Source of the DNA: an uncultured Clostridia bacterium
GTDB taxonomy: Bacteria; Bacillota; Clostridia; Christensenellales; UBA1242
Reading direction: 5' to 3'
Length of the DNA: 50,497 nucleotides
Assembly: GCA_944377765.1 (NCBI GenBank)
Contig: CALWFX010000010.1
Location: forward strand, 1-50,497
Under the pieces are notes generated by a model. That model made no database searches, was not told the origin of the DNA, and saw only the letters and a list, made by a program, of their open reading frames with translations. The translations under genes were made by a program, and so were the position numbers. Shown here piece by piece: positions 35,675-48,500 of this stretch (the first letter of the stretch is position 1; the number at the start of each line of letters is the position of its first letter).

Positions 35675-35887
35675 TTTTATCTCCTTTTTAAATTATATCA
35701 TAACAAAGTTAGTTTGTCAAAAACTTTTTAAGATTATGAATTTTAAAATTAACTTTTAAATATAAAAAATCAAAAAAATATATGAATTTTTAATAAAAAA
35801 TAATAAATTTTACTAAAAATGTCTTATTTTGTTAAAAAATAATTTTTAAAATTTTTAAATCATAATATATTTTCAAGGAGTAATAAT

Positions 35888-36526
35888 GTGGAAAATATTT
35901 CAAAACAAGTAATTTCACTTGAAGAAAAAAGAGTTGTGGGATATGTTTTAAAACCATTGATTGACTATAAAAGTTTGGCAAGGGTTGGTTACATTATTGT
36001 GGACGAAGAGAGCGAACAAGAGTATTTTTTGAAAAATGAAAACATAGTTAACATCTCTGATAATTTACTGATTGATAGTATTTCAAATTTGGAATATATG
36101 CCTGAAAGTGATGAGTTAAGAAAACATATCATTTCAGACACAGGGGAAGATTTGGGAACTATTTCTTCTTTTATGTTTGTGAACAGAAAACTAAGGAAGA
36201 TTATTACAGATAAATGTGAAATTGATAGTAAATATGTTCGTGAAATTGGCAGAGATATTTTGTTAATTTCACTAAAACGAAAGAAAAGAAGTTTTCCACG
36301 TTTTGAGAAAGAAGATATTAAGGTGGAAATTATGGAAAGTGAAATTTCTGTTCCACCAGTAATCAATCTTTCTCCAAATTATTATATTGGAAAGGTTGCA
36401 GTTAAAACACTGCTAGGGTTTAACAATGAACTTATAATAAGAGAAGGAGAAAAAGTTTCCAAGGCAATTTTGGATAAGGCAAAAAAACATAACAAAATAA
36501 ATCAATTATTTTTCATAATTAAATAA
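35888..36526 (+). CDS. hypothetical protein, possibly with tandem PRC-barrel-like domains
   Basis: GTG start with AGGAG 7 nt upstream; the nearby ATG at 35886 opens only an 8-codon frame. Repeated pattern V-G-x-V-x-x-x-x-I-D...I-x-x-I-x-x-D-x-L-L-I and a C-terminal GKVAVKTLLGFNNELIIREGEKVSKAILDKAKKHNKINQL. The family call is tentative. Confidence 0.5.
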   Translation: MENISKQVISLEEKRVVGYVLKPLIDYKSLARVGYIIVDEESEQEYFLKNENIVNISDNLLIDSISNLEYMPESDELRKHIISDTGEDLGTISSFMFVNRKLRKIITDKCEIDSKYVREIGRDILLISLKRKKRSFPRFEKEDIKVEIMESEISVPPVINLSPNYYIGKVAVKTLLGFNNELIIREGEKVSKAILDKAKKHNKINQLFFIIK

Positions 36527-36800
36527 AAATAATAAAAAATACACTTTTTTACGAATTTTTTAATAAAAAATTAATATTTTTATTATTTTTTTAATTTAAA
36601 TTAATATTTTTTGACAAATATTTTAGTAAATTAAAATATATGACTAATAAATTATTGCTGATGATTTTATAAGGAATTAAATTGTTTTTTCTTTTGAAAG
36701 GAATAAATTAAGAATAATATATTAATTTATTTATGTTTTTTATTTATTTTATTTGTATTTTTGGAGTAATTTGTAGTATCATAATTTCAAGAGGGAAGAT

Positions 36801-39473
36801 ATGGTAAGAATTATTCCAAGAAAAACAAAAGTTAAATTTGAGTTGTTCCGTGGAGTTACGGGTATTGATATTGGACTTGGTGCAATTTTCATTGCAATTG
36901 CCGCCATTCTTTTTGCAGCAAATTTTGAGTTTCATATTTGGATCGGTGTTGCTTGGGTTATTATTGCTGTGTCTATGTTTTTTAAATTTGCCGATGATGT
37001 TAGATTTTACACAACTTTGATATTCTTACTTCGTTATGCTGCTCAAAAGAAAAAGTTTGTGAAAGGTTCTCAGGATAAAAAAGGTGATATCACTGAAATC
37101 ATTCCTTATGAAGGGGTAATTCAAGATAGATACATAAACTATGGAACTTATTATGGTATGGTTATTGAAGTGCAACCTATGTTTTTCACTCTTTTAACTG
37201 AAGCATTTCAAGATAATGTTATTGAAAGTTTTGCCAATGCAATTAGAAGATTAAACAATGACCAATCTTGTTCCATTGTTAAAATTCGTAAACCAATGGT
37301 GCTTGATGCCTATATTCATAATGAAAACAGGAAATATGATACACTTTATGATTTGCAATATGATGGGCAAATAACAGAAGCGGAGATTGATGCGCGTGGT
37401 CCTATTTTTGAAGAAAGAGTTTCTTTTTATGAATTTATAAATCGTCAACAAAAGGTATATAAAGATTATTTCTATCTTGTTGTTTATGATAAGGATAGAG
37501 AAATTTTGGAAAACACTTGCACAGGTATGATCAATGCAATGGCTTCATCATTAAATCCAATAACAGCGAATATCTTAACAGGGCATGATCTTTATGTTTT
37601 TCTTAAAGCAAACATGGGCAAAGACTTTGATGAAAGAGATTTGGAAGTTTTACCTTTTAATAAGTATATGGATTGGGTAACACCAGATAAGATTAAGTTT
37701 AATATTGCTAAGTATTATGTTGATAAAGATTGCTATCGTTGTTATAACCTTTCCGATTATCCTCTTCAAGTGGGCAATGCATGGGCTGCATCTTTCTTCC
37801 TTCTTGACAGAACAAAGGTTATTATGAAATTTTCTCCTATGCCAAGAATGGATTCTGAAAAGCAAATTGATAAGGCTATCATGGAAATGGAAGCAAAATT
37901 GAATAGAGCAGGAAGAAGTTCGGCACAAATCGACCTTCAAACACACCTTGAAACTTTAAGAGAACTTCTTGTTGGGCTTAAAAATAACAACCAACAACTT
38001 TATAATGTGAACACTTATATTGTTTCAGAAGATGCTGCTAAGAAAGATGTTAGGGCAATGTTAAAGCAACAAGGATTTAAATATTCTGAAATGTTTTCAA
38101 GGCAAATTGATGGCTTTATTTCTTCCAATATTTCAAGAAGAGATAACATGAAAGGGACTTTAAGAGGTATGCCAACTTCAACATTGGCGGCTGCTTTTCC
38201 ATTTATCTCAAACTCTCTTCAAGATCCTAATGGCATTTATCTTGGCGATAATGAATATCCAGTTTTTGTGGACTTCTTTAAGCGTGATAGAGAAAGAGTT
38301 AACTCTAATATGATGATTATTGGTAAATCAGGTTCTGGTAAGAGTTATGCAACAAAAACTCTCTTAACAAATCTTGCTGCCGATAACTGTAAAATTTTTA
38401 TTCTTGACCCTGAAAACGAATATAAAGCCTTGACTAAAAACTTGGGCGGAAAATTTATTGATGTTGGTTCTTCTCTTCAAGGTATTATCAATCCTTTCCA
38501 TATTATTACATCTTTGGATGCTTCTGAAGATGAAAAAGAAGAATTGGATGAAAATGGCGAACCAATTTTTAAAGAAAAAGAAAGTGTTGACGATTCCTTT
38601 GCTCAGCACCTTCAATTCTTGGAACAATTTTTCCGTGTAATTTTGGAAGGTATCAATTCTGACGCGTTTGAAGTTTTGAACTCTTTAATTATTGATGTAT
38701 ATAAAGAAAAAGGGATTACTTATAAAACTAACCTTTCTAAGTTTAAGCCTGAAGATTATCCAATTTTTGATGACTTGTATGATTTAATTTTGAAAAGATT
38801 GAAAACTGCCAAAGATGAGTTTACATTAAGAAATCTTATGACTGTTGAAACTTATATCAAAAAATTTGCAACTGGGGGCAGAAACAGCGCTCTTTGGAAT
38901 GGACCTACATCTATTGAAACAAATGAAAACTTTGTTACTTTCAATTTCCAATCACTTGTTGCAGGAAATAACCCAACAGTTACCAACGCACAGATGCTTC
39001 TTGTTTTCAGATATTTAAATAATGAAATTATTAATAATAAAGACTTTAACCAAAAATATCATAAAAACAGAAAAATTGTTGTTGCGGTTGATGAAGCACA
39101 TATTTTCATTAATCCTAAATATCCTATCGCTCTTGATTTCATGGCTCAAATGGCTAAGCGTATCAGAAAATATGGTGGTATGCAAATTGTTATTACTCAG
39201 AACCTTGCCGACTTTGTTGGTTCTGATGAAATTAAGCGTCAATCAACTGCGGTTATCAACGCTTGTCAATACTCTTTAATTTTCTCACTTGCACCAAACG
39301 ATGTCAACGACCTTATTGAACTTTATAAAAAATCTGGTGGTATCAATGAAGAAGAACAAAACTCAATTGTTACTGCTGGTGTTGGTCAAGCATTCTTAAT
39401 CACAGGTCCAACCTCAAGAACAACAGTGCAGGTTGTTGCTCATGACTATGTAAAACAATTGTTTGGCGGTTGA
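36801..39473 (+). CDS. virB4: VirB4-family type IV secretion/conjugation ATPase with a fused N-terminal PrgI/VirB3-like membrane hairpin
   Basis: N-terminus IPRKTKVKFELFRGVTGIDIGLGAIFIAIAAILFAANF...HIWIGVAWVIIAVSMFFKF gives two TM helices. The VirB4 N-domain follows (IIPYEGVIQDRYINYGTYYGMVIEVQPMFFTLL). Walker A MMIIGKSGSGKSYATK, Walker B KIVVAVDEAHIF, then RKYGGMQIVITQNLADF and QYSLIFSL. GAGGGAAG precedes the ATG. Tandem stops TGATAA. Confidence 0.85.
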   Translation: MVRIIPRKTKVKFELFRGVTGIDIGLGAIFIAIAAILFAANFEFHIWIGVAWVIIAVSMFFKFADDVRFYTTLIFLLRYAAQKKKFVKGSQDKKGDITEIIPYEGVIQDRYINYGTYYGMVIEVQPMFFTLLTEAFQDNVIESFANAIRRLNNDQSCSIVKIRKPMVLDAYIHNENRKYDTLYDLQYDGQITEAEIDARGPIFEERVSFYEFINRQQKVYKDYFYLVVYDKDREILENTCTGMINAMASSLNPITANILTGHDLYVFLKANMGKDFDERDLEVLPFNKYMDWVTPDKIKFNIAKYYVDKDCYRCYNLSDYPLQVGNAWAASFFLLDRTKVIMKFSPMPRMDSEKQIDKAIMEMEAKLNRAGRSSAQIDLQTHLETLRELLVGLKNNNQQLYNVNTYIVSEDAAKKDVRAMLKQQGFKYSEMFSRQIDGFISSNISRRDNMKGTLRGMPTSTLAAAFPFISNSLQDPNGIYLGDNEYPVFVDFFKRDRERVNSNMMIIGKSGSGKSYATKTLLTNLAADNCKIFILDPENEYKALTKNLGGKFIDVGSSLQGIINPFHIITSLDASEDEKEELDENGEPIFKEKESVDDSFAQHLQFLEQFFRVILEGINSDAFEVLNSLIIDVYKEKGITYKTNLSKFKPEDYPIFDDLYDLILKRLKTAKDEFTLRNLMTVETYIKKFATGGRNSALWNGPTSIETNENFVTFNFQSLVAGNNPTVTNAQMLLVFRYLNNEIINNKDFNQKYHKNRKIVVAVDEAHIFINPKYPIALDFMAQMAKRIRKYGGMQIVITQNLADFVGSDEIKRQSTAVINACQYSLIFSLAPNDVNDLIELYKKSGGINEEEQNSIVTAGVGQAFLITGPTSRTTVQVVAHDYVKQLFGG

Positions 39474-39505
39474 TAATTTATAAAATTAAATTGTAAAGGA
39501 GTGTT

Positions 39506-39589
39506 ATGTCAAAAGCATTAAAGAGAAGTTTTGCTTACATAATTCTTGCAATGGCGTTTGCCTTTGCAGGACTCTTTTTATTTGGTTGT
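39506..39589 (+). other. type II (lipoprotein) signal peptide with lipobox Cys28
   Basis: MSKALKRSFAYIILAMAFAFAGLFLFGC, with the Cys codon TGT at 39587-39589. Confidence 0.75.
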
Positions 39590-42500
39590 GATGATAATAG
39601 TCAAAATGTTACTATTTCTTCAAGTGTTTCTTCTGTTGACCTTGAAATTGGAGAAAGTGAAGAAATTACTTTTACAATCAATAATGCAAATGATAACTTT
39701 GCAAAAACACTTAAATTTAATGAGGATAATAGTGGCGTTATAAGTAAAAGCGGAGTTACATATAATGGAAACGAAGCAAAAATCACTGTAACTGGACTTC
39801 GTGGCGGAACAACAAATTTAATGGCGGTTACAGAAGAAGGATATAAATATATTACTGTTAGGATTAATGTTATTCAGCATTCAACAACCCTTGCTTTTGA
39901 CCAAACAAGTCTTTATGTTTCAAATTCCACTCCACTTATGATGAATAATGGTTATTATAATTTTGATAGCAACACAACAGATAAAGATATGTCATTTTAC
40001 TATCTTCTTGATGATGTGACAGGTATGACTTTTTCAAAGTTTACTGATGAAGGTTTGGAATTTGTTGATGATGAAACAACCAGAATTGCGGTTATTGATG
40101 CTGTTGAGTTTGACACTGCAAGAATAAACGATGATGGAACAGCGTTAATTTTAAGTTTAAATGGCGTTGATTATGAAGAAACGCAAGAGATTTTTGACAG
40201 TTTCAAAGTGCTTGCAGTTTATGATTATTCAGAAAATTATGCAAATTATCTTTCTTGTATGCATGAAGTGCAGGTATTGCAAGACCTTGGCGTAAAGGTT
40301 TATGGCGGATATTTGCAAAGAGAAATCGGTCAAGATGGGACTGTTTATGAAAATGTGGAATTCGAAGAACTTTCAGGTGATGAGATATTGATAATTCCTA
40401 ATTCAGATAATTATGAGGCAAATTCATATGTTTTAAAAATTGAAGCACAAAACAAAAGTGATTTAATTGAATATGGTTATATTGCAGAAAATTCAAATAT
40501 TGATGTGGACGAATATAATTTGGTTGAACCTGATGTTGATTATTCTTCAAAAACTGTTGTTTATTATAAAATTCAATCTTCGACTACTGCAAATATTGAT
40601 GTAAATTTACATATTTATTTAAGATATTCTTCAACAAAAGACGCAAGTGACCAAAGTGTCAATTTTAATAAAGATTATAATATCAATATTGATTTTGCGC
40701 CAAAAGAAATTTTGGTTAATGGCGAAAGTGCAACTGAATATTCAAGTCAAGATAATCCTTTAATCTTATATAATAGATACACCTATCCTGAGTTTGGTTG
40801 GCAAAATATTCAAATTTCGGTTACTTCTGGAATTGATGCAGAACCAATCTTTTCCTATGCATATATCACATTTGAAGAAAATGATTTGCGTTTTAAATAT
40901 GTGCAAATTGAAATTTCAAGTGATAGAAATGTTACTGACCTTTCAACAAGTTTTCAATTTAAAGGGCGTGACTATGCAGCAGTAACTGCTGTTGGACAAG
41001 TTAAAAGTTTTACTATTAATGTGGTTTACGAAACTCTTGGCAATGAAATTTCTCTGCAATATATTGTTTATTACAGAATTGTTAATGGTGCAACAAGAAT
41101 TGTTAAAAATATTGAATATGGACAAGGAAATGTAATTTATCTTGATTACGAAGAACATGGAGAAAATGGTGCAATTTTAGATAATTATCTTTTTGCCGAC
41201 CAACTTTTCCAATCTTTTACAACCGAGTTTGTTTCTGGTAATGATGTTGTTGATTTTGAAGTGCCAGAGGTTTGTTATATTGAAAGAGAAGGGAATTATT
41301 ATCTTAATTTTAGTGTTAAGGCAAAAGGAGCTGGGCAAGGAACTTATAACGTTACTTTGGATAATGGAACATCTCAGCAAGTAACTTTTTCTGTTATTGA
41401 AACGCTTAAAGATTATTCAACTTCAATTAATATTTCAAATGTTGGCAATATCGGCTATTATGAAAGATTGAAATCTGATGAAAGTTTAAATTATTATGAT
41501 ATTTTAAATTTAGAGATTTTAAACCCTACAATTGTTAACAATAATGAATATGAAATTCTCTTTGGTAGCACTGCTGAAATCACTTTTAGGGGAAACATTA
41601 ATGGAACAATGGCAGTCGGTGATGATAAAGATGTAATTAGTTATCTCAATTTTAATGGAGTATCATACCATTTTGAAACTGTTAAGAATGGCACTTCAAC
41701 CATGACAATAACAGTGTCGGGGAATGTGGTAAATTCCGCTTTTCAGCGAGATATAACATATTTAGACTTTACAATTAATTTTGTATCATATTCCCTTCTT
41801 GATGAATTTATCCTTTTAAATAATGGAAATTATGCTGTTGATAATATTGTTTACTATGGCGACAGTGACTATATCCCAGAAGAAGACGAAATGGTAGATT
41901 TTGAAATCTCTGCTAAAAATAGTGAAGCATATAATTTCTATAGATATAGCATGAATGAAAGTTTCTTCATCAATAACAACATAATTCAAGATATTATTGA
42001 TGAAAAAGCAAATGAAATAACAATTGGTGAATATGAAGTTTTGGATAGTGATGTCTCTTCAAAACTTGTTTCAGAAACATATAACGATAAATTTGTTTAT
42101 TACTATGTTGACAGCACAAACTTTGGAGCATTGACAACAACTACAACTGCTCATATAACAGTAAATGTCAATGATGAAACTTTCTATTACGCATATGCTG
42201 ATTTAAGTTTTGCTAATGGATTTATGTTCTATGCAGATGAAATGAGTTTTGTTTATGACGAAGATAATAATATCACAGTAACCATTACATTTGACAATGC
42301 TTATATGATTGAAAGTTATGGCGAATATGACTTAAAAACTTTGACTTATACAAACATCAGTAACAACTATGGAAATAATGGCTTAACATTCACATTGCAT
42401 GCTTATGTAAGACAAAGAGATTATTCTCAAATGAGATATGATGCAAACATAATTGCAAGCAGATACATTCAGGTGCAAGACATTTCAAGCGCTTCTCCAA

Positions 42501-45500
42501 TTGAAGAACTTGTTTTCACAAACAGTGAACTTACTCAATCTTTTATTGTTACTGTAACTCCAACAACTGCAACAAACACAACTTTAAGGGCAGAATTTGT
42601 TCCTTTAAATGACACTTCTTCAAACTTAATTGATTGCACAATTGTGGAACAGGGGCTTGGCACCTATCTTGTGGAAATTTCTGCTGAAAGATTTTATAAC
42701 ACAACTGCAAACATCACAGATATAATAGAAAAACTTGCTGGAACTGTTTATGTTTATCCAATTGAATGGGGAGATAGTTATTCAGTTATTCCAACTGAAA
42801 ATAATCCAATCATTGTGGGTGTTTCTTACAGAAATGGGTCAGAAAGCAACAGGTATATTTTGGAAACTCCAGCGGATATTTTGGCAATCAATGCAAATGA
42901 AAAATCTTTATCAAGCCACTATGAAATTAAAAATAACATCGACATGTCAACTGTGGAAGGAAGCCCAATTGGCATTTTGGAAACAAGCGAAGGATTTAAA
43001 CTTGTCGGTTTCTCTGGCAGTATTGTTGGAACAAGTTCTCAAGCAGGAATTTCAAATGTTCATTTAACAACTGTTGGTGGAACTGGTTCAATTAAGTCTG
43101 TTAAGCCGATGGATGAAACTTATAATTACTCTGGACTTTTTGCTTTAATTAATGAAACTGGATACATTAAAAATTTAACCATTACTGGTTCAATGAATTT
43201 AGATATCACTGAAAATCAATATGCTGGCCTACTTGCTGGTGTTAATCGTGGAAATATAACCAATGTTTCTGCAAGAATAACCAATGTTTCAAATGTTCAC
43301 GTTGTTGATGGCGCAGTTAATTCATTTGTTCAAATTGGCGCTCTGGTTGGTGCAAATTTTGGTAATCAAATAAACATTAATGAGCAAGGTCAAAATGTTA
43401 AAATTGCAACTGGTAATATTATTCAATATTTCCCAGCATATAATCAAGAAGAATTTAATGGAACTCACACAAGAGAAAATGTTGCAGGAGAATTTTCAAG
43501 TCAATCAACAAAGAATATAGCATATTTTACAGATAAACTTATAATTTCTTTGCCTAGTCAGTTTAGCGGTAATTTATATGTTGGTGGTATTGCAGGTTAT
43601 AACAGTGGTGATATAAAGAAGATTGACGATAGTTCATTAAAGATTTATGGCTATGCGACCTATTCAAGTTATGCAAATATTGAAATTCAACTTTCTGGAA
43701 ATCAAACACAAGGGAAAATTTATGCGGGTGGTGCAGTTGGTTATGCAATTTCAAATCCAGTGAGTGAAAAGCCAACTTTAATTTCTGGACTTACTGTTGG
43801 TGGCGAAGTTGATTTACAAAATGACACTCAAAATTCATCAAGTGCTGTGGGTGGTATTGTTGGTTTTGCAACAATTGCACAGGAAGCAACTGGTGCAGGA
43901 ACTCAGCCAGTGCAAATATATAACAATATTTCAAGAACTTTCCTTCGTGGTGAGCAATTTGTTGGCGGAATTTTGGGTTATGATAACTATCAAGGCTATG
44001 CAACAAGCGCAAATGGTCAATATGTTTCTTATAAAGATGAAAACAATCAAAATTCAATTAACAAAGTGGAAGCGGTTGATGATGGCAGAAGTGTGCTTGA
44101 AGCATCCATGATGATTTTAAGAAGTAATTCAATAAAACTTGGAAAGGGAACATATAGCGATGATATTATAATTGCAATTGGAAATGCAGAAAATGCAGGA
44201 AGACAACTTGAAGACATTAGATTTACCATTTCAAGTTACATAACAAGAGCAGTTGTTACTGGAGAAAATGTTGTTGTGAATGACAACGCAACAACAAAAT
44301 ATTATGGTGAATATTTAATTTTGAATGGAACTGAAATTAAGCAAACATCCATAGAGTTAAACCCAAATCCATTCACAAAAATTGATGTAAACATTGGACT
44401 TACAGGTGACGAGTTTAAATTGACACCTAAAAACGATATTACAAATGCACTTAATGTTTATTTATCTTATTATTTCCAAGCAGATAGTTTTCTTTCTGGG
44501 CAGACCTCAGGCGTTATTGCACAAGATGTTATTGATGATTTTAATGTTTATGAAACTGATTCAAACATGTATCCATTTACAATTAACACCCGAGATGCAG
44601 AGATAATTTCTTCATCCACTGACATTTTAAATGTTGATTTAAATGGAAATTTAACAGTGCATGGAACTGGTCTTGCAACTCTTAAACTTCAAAGCATTTT
44701 AAATATTCAAGAAACAATTAATGTTTATCTTTATATTGTCAATTATTTCAACAAAGATACAACAGAGTCTATCTATTATTCATCAGATAATTCGAATGGA
44801 CTTAATATTGTTAATGGTTCGCAAATTAATGTTTATGGCAATAAGCAAACATCAATTTATGCTGTTCCAACATATGAAAAGGATGAAGAAATATTGCCTA
44901 ATGGAAGCACATGGTCAATTTCAAAAGATGGTGTGCTTAGATATGCAAACACAAGTGTTTTACTTACAAAAAACACATCCTTAAAAACAGATGTTACACT
45001 TAGAGAAGATAGCGAAGGTTACACAAGATATCAAATTAGTGGCGAACAGATAATTTTCTATGGAAATAATAAGGGCGAAGGCATTGACAAATATAATCTT
45101 GATTCATATATCATGGTGGAAATTGATGGTGTTCCATACATCATGGAAATAGGAAAGCAGGATATTGCTGTTGATGTTCAATACTTGGAAACTGCAACAA
45201 ATATCTACACATCTTCAACTTTAATTTCCATGCAAACAAATGATAAATTTGATGAAAAATTGTTTATAGAGTCAAAAAATAAAGAATATGCATATTATCA
45301 AATTATTTTTACTGACGAGTATAATAATGAAAGTATTGTTCAATCAAGGCTTGATGCAACATTAAGTGTCAGTGAAGATGGATGGAAAAATTATGTTAAC
45401 GATATAGGCGATGATTTATTTAACTTAACCTTTACTCGTCTTGGCGATACAAATACTTTTGATTTTAATATAAGTGTTAATAAAAATAGTTCTGCTTATG

Positions 45501-48500
45501 CTAACAGAAATGTTGATAATATATTTGGAAATTACAGAATAATCTTCTATGGCAATGAATTGGAAGAAGGCGTTTCTTGTGTGTTTAGCATCAACTTATC
45601 CGAAGCTGAAATCACTAATGTCAGCGCATTTAACTATTCAAATATCAAAGATATGGCTATTGCTGATGAAGTTATTGTGCCTTCACAATATGGAATTTTG
45701 GAAATTAACATTGACCCAGTGGAAGCAGAGTTTAACACATTCACAATCAAGAACAATGCAATAAATTATAATACTGGTGCTGGCGAAGTGGCATTCACTT
45801 TTGCTTATCAGTCTGTGGATGAAACTGGAGTTGTAACATATGTTGCAGACACCAATTTTGGCGAAAATAGAAATGGAAGTTTAACATTTACCTATCAAGA
45901 ACTTATGAAGTTTTTGCAAGAGAAAGATGCAAAATATAATGGCAAAATTTATGTTAGATATTTCCTTGGTTCAATGGGTGTGGAAGATGGAGCACAAATT
46001 GGCTTTGATATTAATGTAACTTATGGTGATGGACTTAGTTTTGAAATTTATAAACCATTGACAACCAAACTTGCAAACTATGTTAAACTTACCTTTGATA
46101 ACCGCGAAGAAAGTGACACATATTATGTTGCAAGGGGATTGAATTATGGTATGACTCTTGACTATTATGGTTTTAGTTTAAGCGATATACAAATAACTGT
46201 TTCTGATGAGCGTGTTGCAACTTTAACTGGTCAAAACACATCTTATTCCTTAAATATTACTCCTAATGAGATTAATTATACTGGAGATGTTGGTTATCTT
46301 GTTAACATTTATATCTATGCAAGTCGTGTGGTAGATAATGTTACTGTTGAATATTCAGACATACTGACTGTTTATGTTATGGAATATGTGTTTAATTATA
46401 ATTATGCACCTGGCATCAATGAAGATATTGTTGAAGGTATGGAAAATGGTGTGATATCCACAGCAGTTGGAAATGCATATAAACTTCAACTTGACATTTG
46501 GGATTTCATGGAATATGACCAGACAAATGAAAGTGTTGTTCAAAATGTGAAAACATTTATTGAAAGATTGATGCAAAGTGTTAAGTTCTCAATTTCAGAT
46601 TCTTCAACAGGAATTGAAGATGAAGAACTTGAAGTTGGCAAGGAAATAAGGTCTAATTACTACTATATTAAAGATTATACATTTACTGGTATTAGACTTT
46701 ATGAGCCAGAACAAAATGTTTACACCTTGAAAGTTGATGGCACTTACTCAATGCTTAATGGTGTTTACATTTGCGAAGAGAGCACAACTTTGGAACAACA
46801 GACTTTACACACAAATTTTGCTTTCTCAATTCATCAACAAAGCACAGATGAAAGTCCTCTTCCAATTGAAAGTTATGAAGATTTTCTTGAAATGGAAGCA
46901 GGAGAATACTATATTTTGTTAAATGACATCACTTTGCCAAACGAAGATAACTTAGATTATGAACAATTTAAACCTATCACAACTCAAATTGCAGGATTTG
47001 ATGGAAATGGTTACACAATTTTCCTTGGTGGTGACTATCAATTTACTGCTGAAGAAAGTGTTATTGGTTTATTTGCAGAAGTGGAAGAAGATGTTGTTAT
47101 TAAAAATGTTACAATTGAAATTTATGCAAACACAAATTTCGTTATGGAAGCAACAACTTTCTCAATTGGACTTCTTGTTTCAAATAATGCTGGAATTATC
47201 ACAAATTGTGAAGTTAGAGCAACAAATGATTCTGTTCTTTCAGTAACTTACAGAAACACAACCACAAATTCATACCTTGCTGGACTTGTTGCATCAAACA
47301 CTGGCATGATAACAAATTCACGAACAATGGTTGATTTATACACAAATGTAAATCTTTCGGGTTTTGTTGGAACAAACAGTGGTATAATTGCTTCTTCATA
47401 CTTTAGAAATGGTAGTTTGAAAAATGAAACAAACGGAACAACTGAATATACAGCAGGCTTTGCTCTTCAAAACACAGGTTCAATTTACACTTCTTATGTT
47501 TCAGGCGAAGTGGCAGACAATGATCAAACTTACTATAAAGGAAAAGATGATTATATTTTGTCTGATAACACAATTGCAGGATTTGTATTCACAAATTCAG
47601 GTTTAGTGGAAAATTGCTATACAAATATAAACTTGCAAGGTGCTGGTTCTTTCTCTTCTGGTTTTGTTTTTGTTAATGAAGAAGGTGGACAAATTATGTC
47701 TTCCTATTCAACAAGTGTTTTAACAAGTAACAACACACAAAGTTATGGTTTTGCAAGAACAAGCAATGGTTATATCAGTGATTGCTATTGGTTAAGTCAA
47801 GAAGCAGGCGAAGAGAAAGTAACTGACCAAATAGTTTACACAAATGAAGCAGTTAATGTGAGCATAAGTACAATTGAAAATAATGAAAACAACACATTGA
47901 AAAGTTTAACAGCAGGAGAGTTTAATATAAATCATAAAGACTTCAAGGAAAACTTTAAAAACTTTATATACTCTTCATCAAGAGGTTACAATTCAGTTTG
48001 GTTCTATAATAATGTCAACAGTTCTAGCACATTCAATGGTTCAACTTTCAACACTGAAAGATTGGAACTTGTTGCACCAAATATTGTGGCTTTCTCACAG
48101 AAATATTTGTATAGTGCAGAAGAAATTACCGATGAAGAAACTGGCGTTACAACTGTTGTTTATAACTATGTAAACACTGAAGAAAGTGGAATAAGCGGAA
48201 GTGTTTATAATCCTATATTAATTGATGATGCTGAAAGTTTTGAAAACTATATTTTAAATGAAAATGATGCTAATAACTATAATAATTCCTATTATAGACT
48301 TATAAACGACATTGATTACAGCGAACTTACAATTAATAGTGAACTTTACAAAACTCGCTTCATGGGATATATTGAAGGCAACTTTATGACCATTTCAAAT
48401 ATCAATATGGTAACAAGTGAAAACTTGCAATTTGCAGGACTTTTTGCAGAAGTTGGTTCATCTTCAAGAGCAAATGCAATTGGAACTCTTATGAACTTTA

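Noticed and set aside
36733-36807. 24-codon hydrophobic mini-ORF (MFFIYFICIFGVICSIIISRGKIW) whose stop overlaps the virB4 start (ATATGGTAA). It could be a coupled small T4SS membrane subunit.
   Set aside because: It has no SD. Its hydrophobicity is what T-rich intergenic DNA yields in any frame, and the VirB3/PrgI-like hairpin is already fused to VirB4. It is worth a glance in ribosome-profiling data but is not supportable from sequence.
32488-39476. Possible genetic code 4 (TGA read as Trp). The only two TGA stops I checked are each followed almost immediately by an in-frame TAA: fba has TGA TGG AGA TAA, and virB4 has TGA TAA.
   Set aside because: Every Trp in the conserved proteins and in 31 kb of giant ORFs is TGG, and no in-frame TGA occurs anywhere in them. 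A TGA=Trp organism this AT-rich would use TGA heavily. Standard code 11 with tandem stops is the simpler reading.
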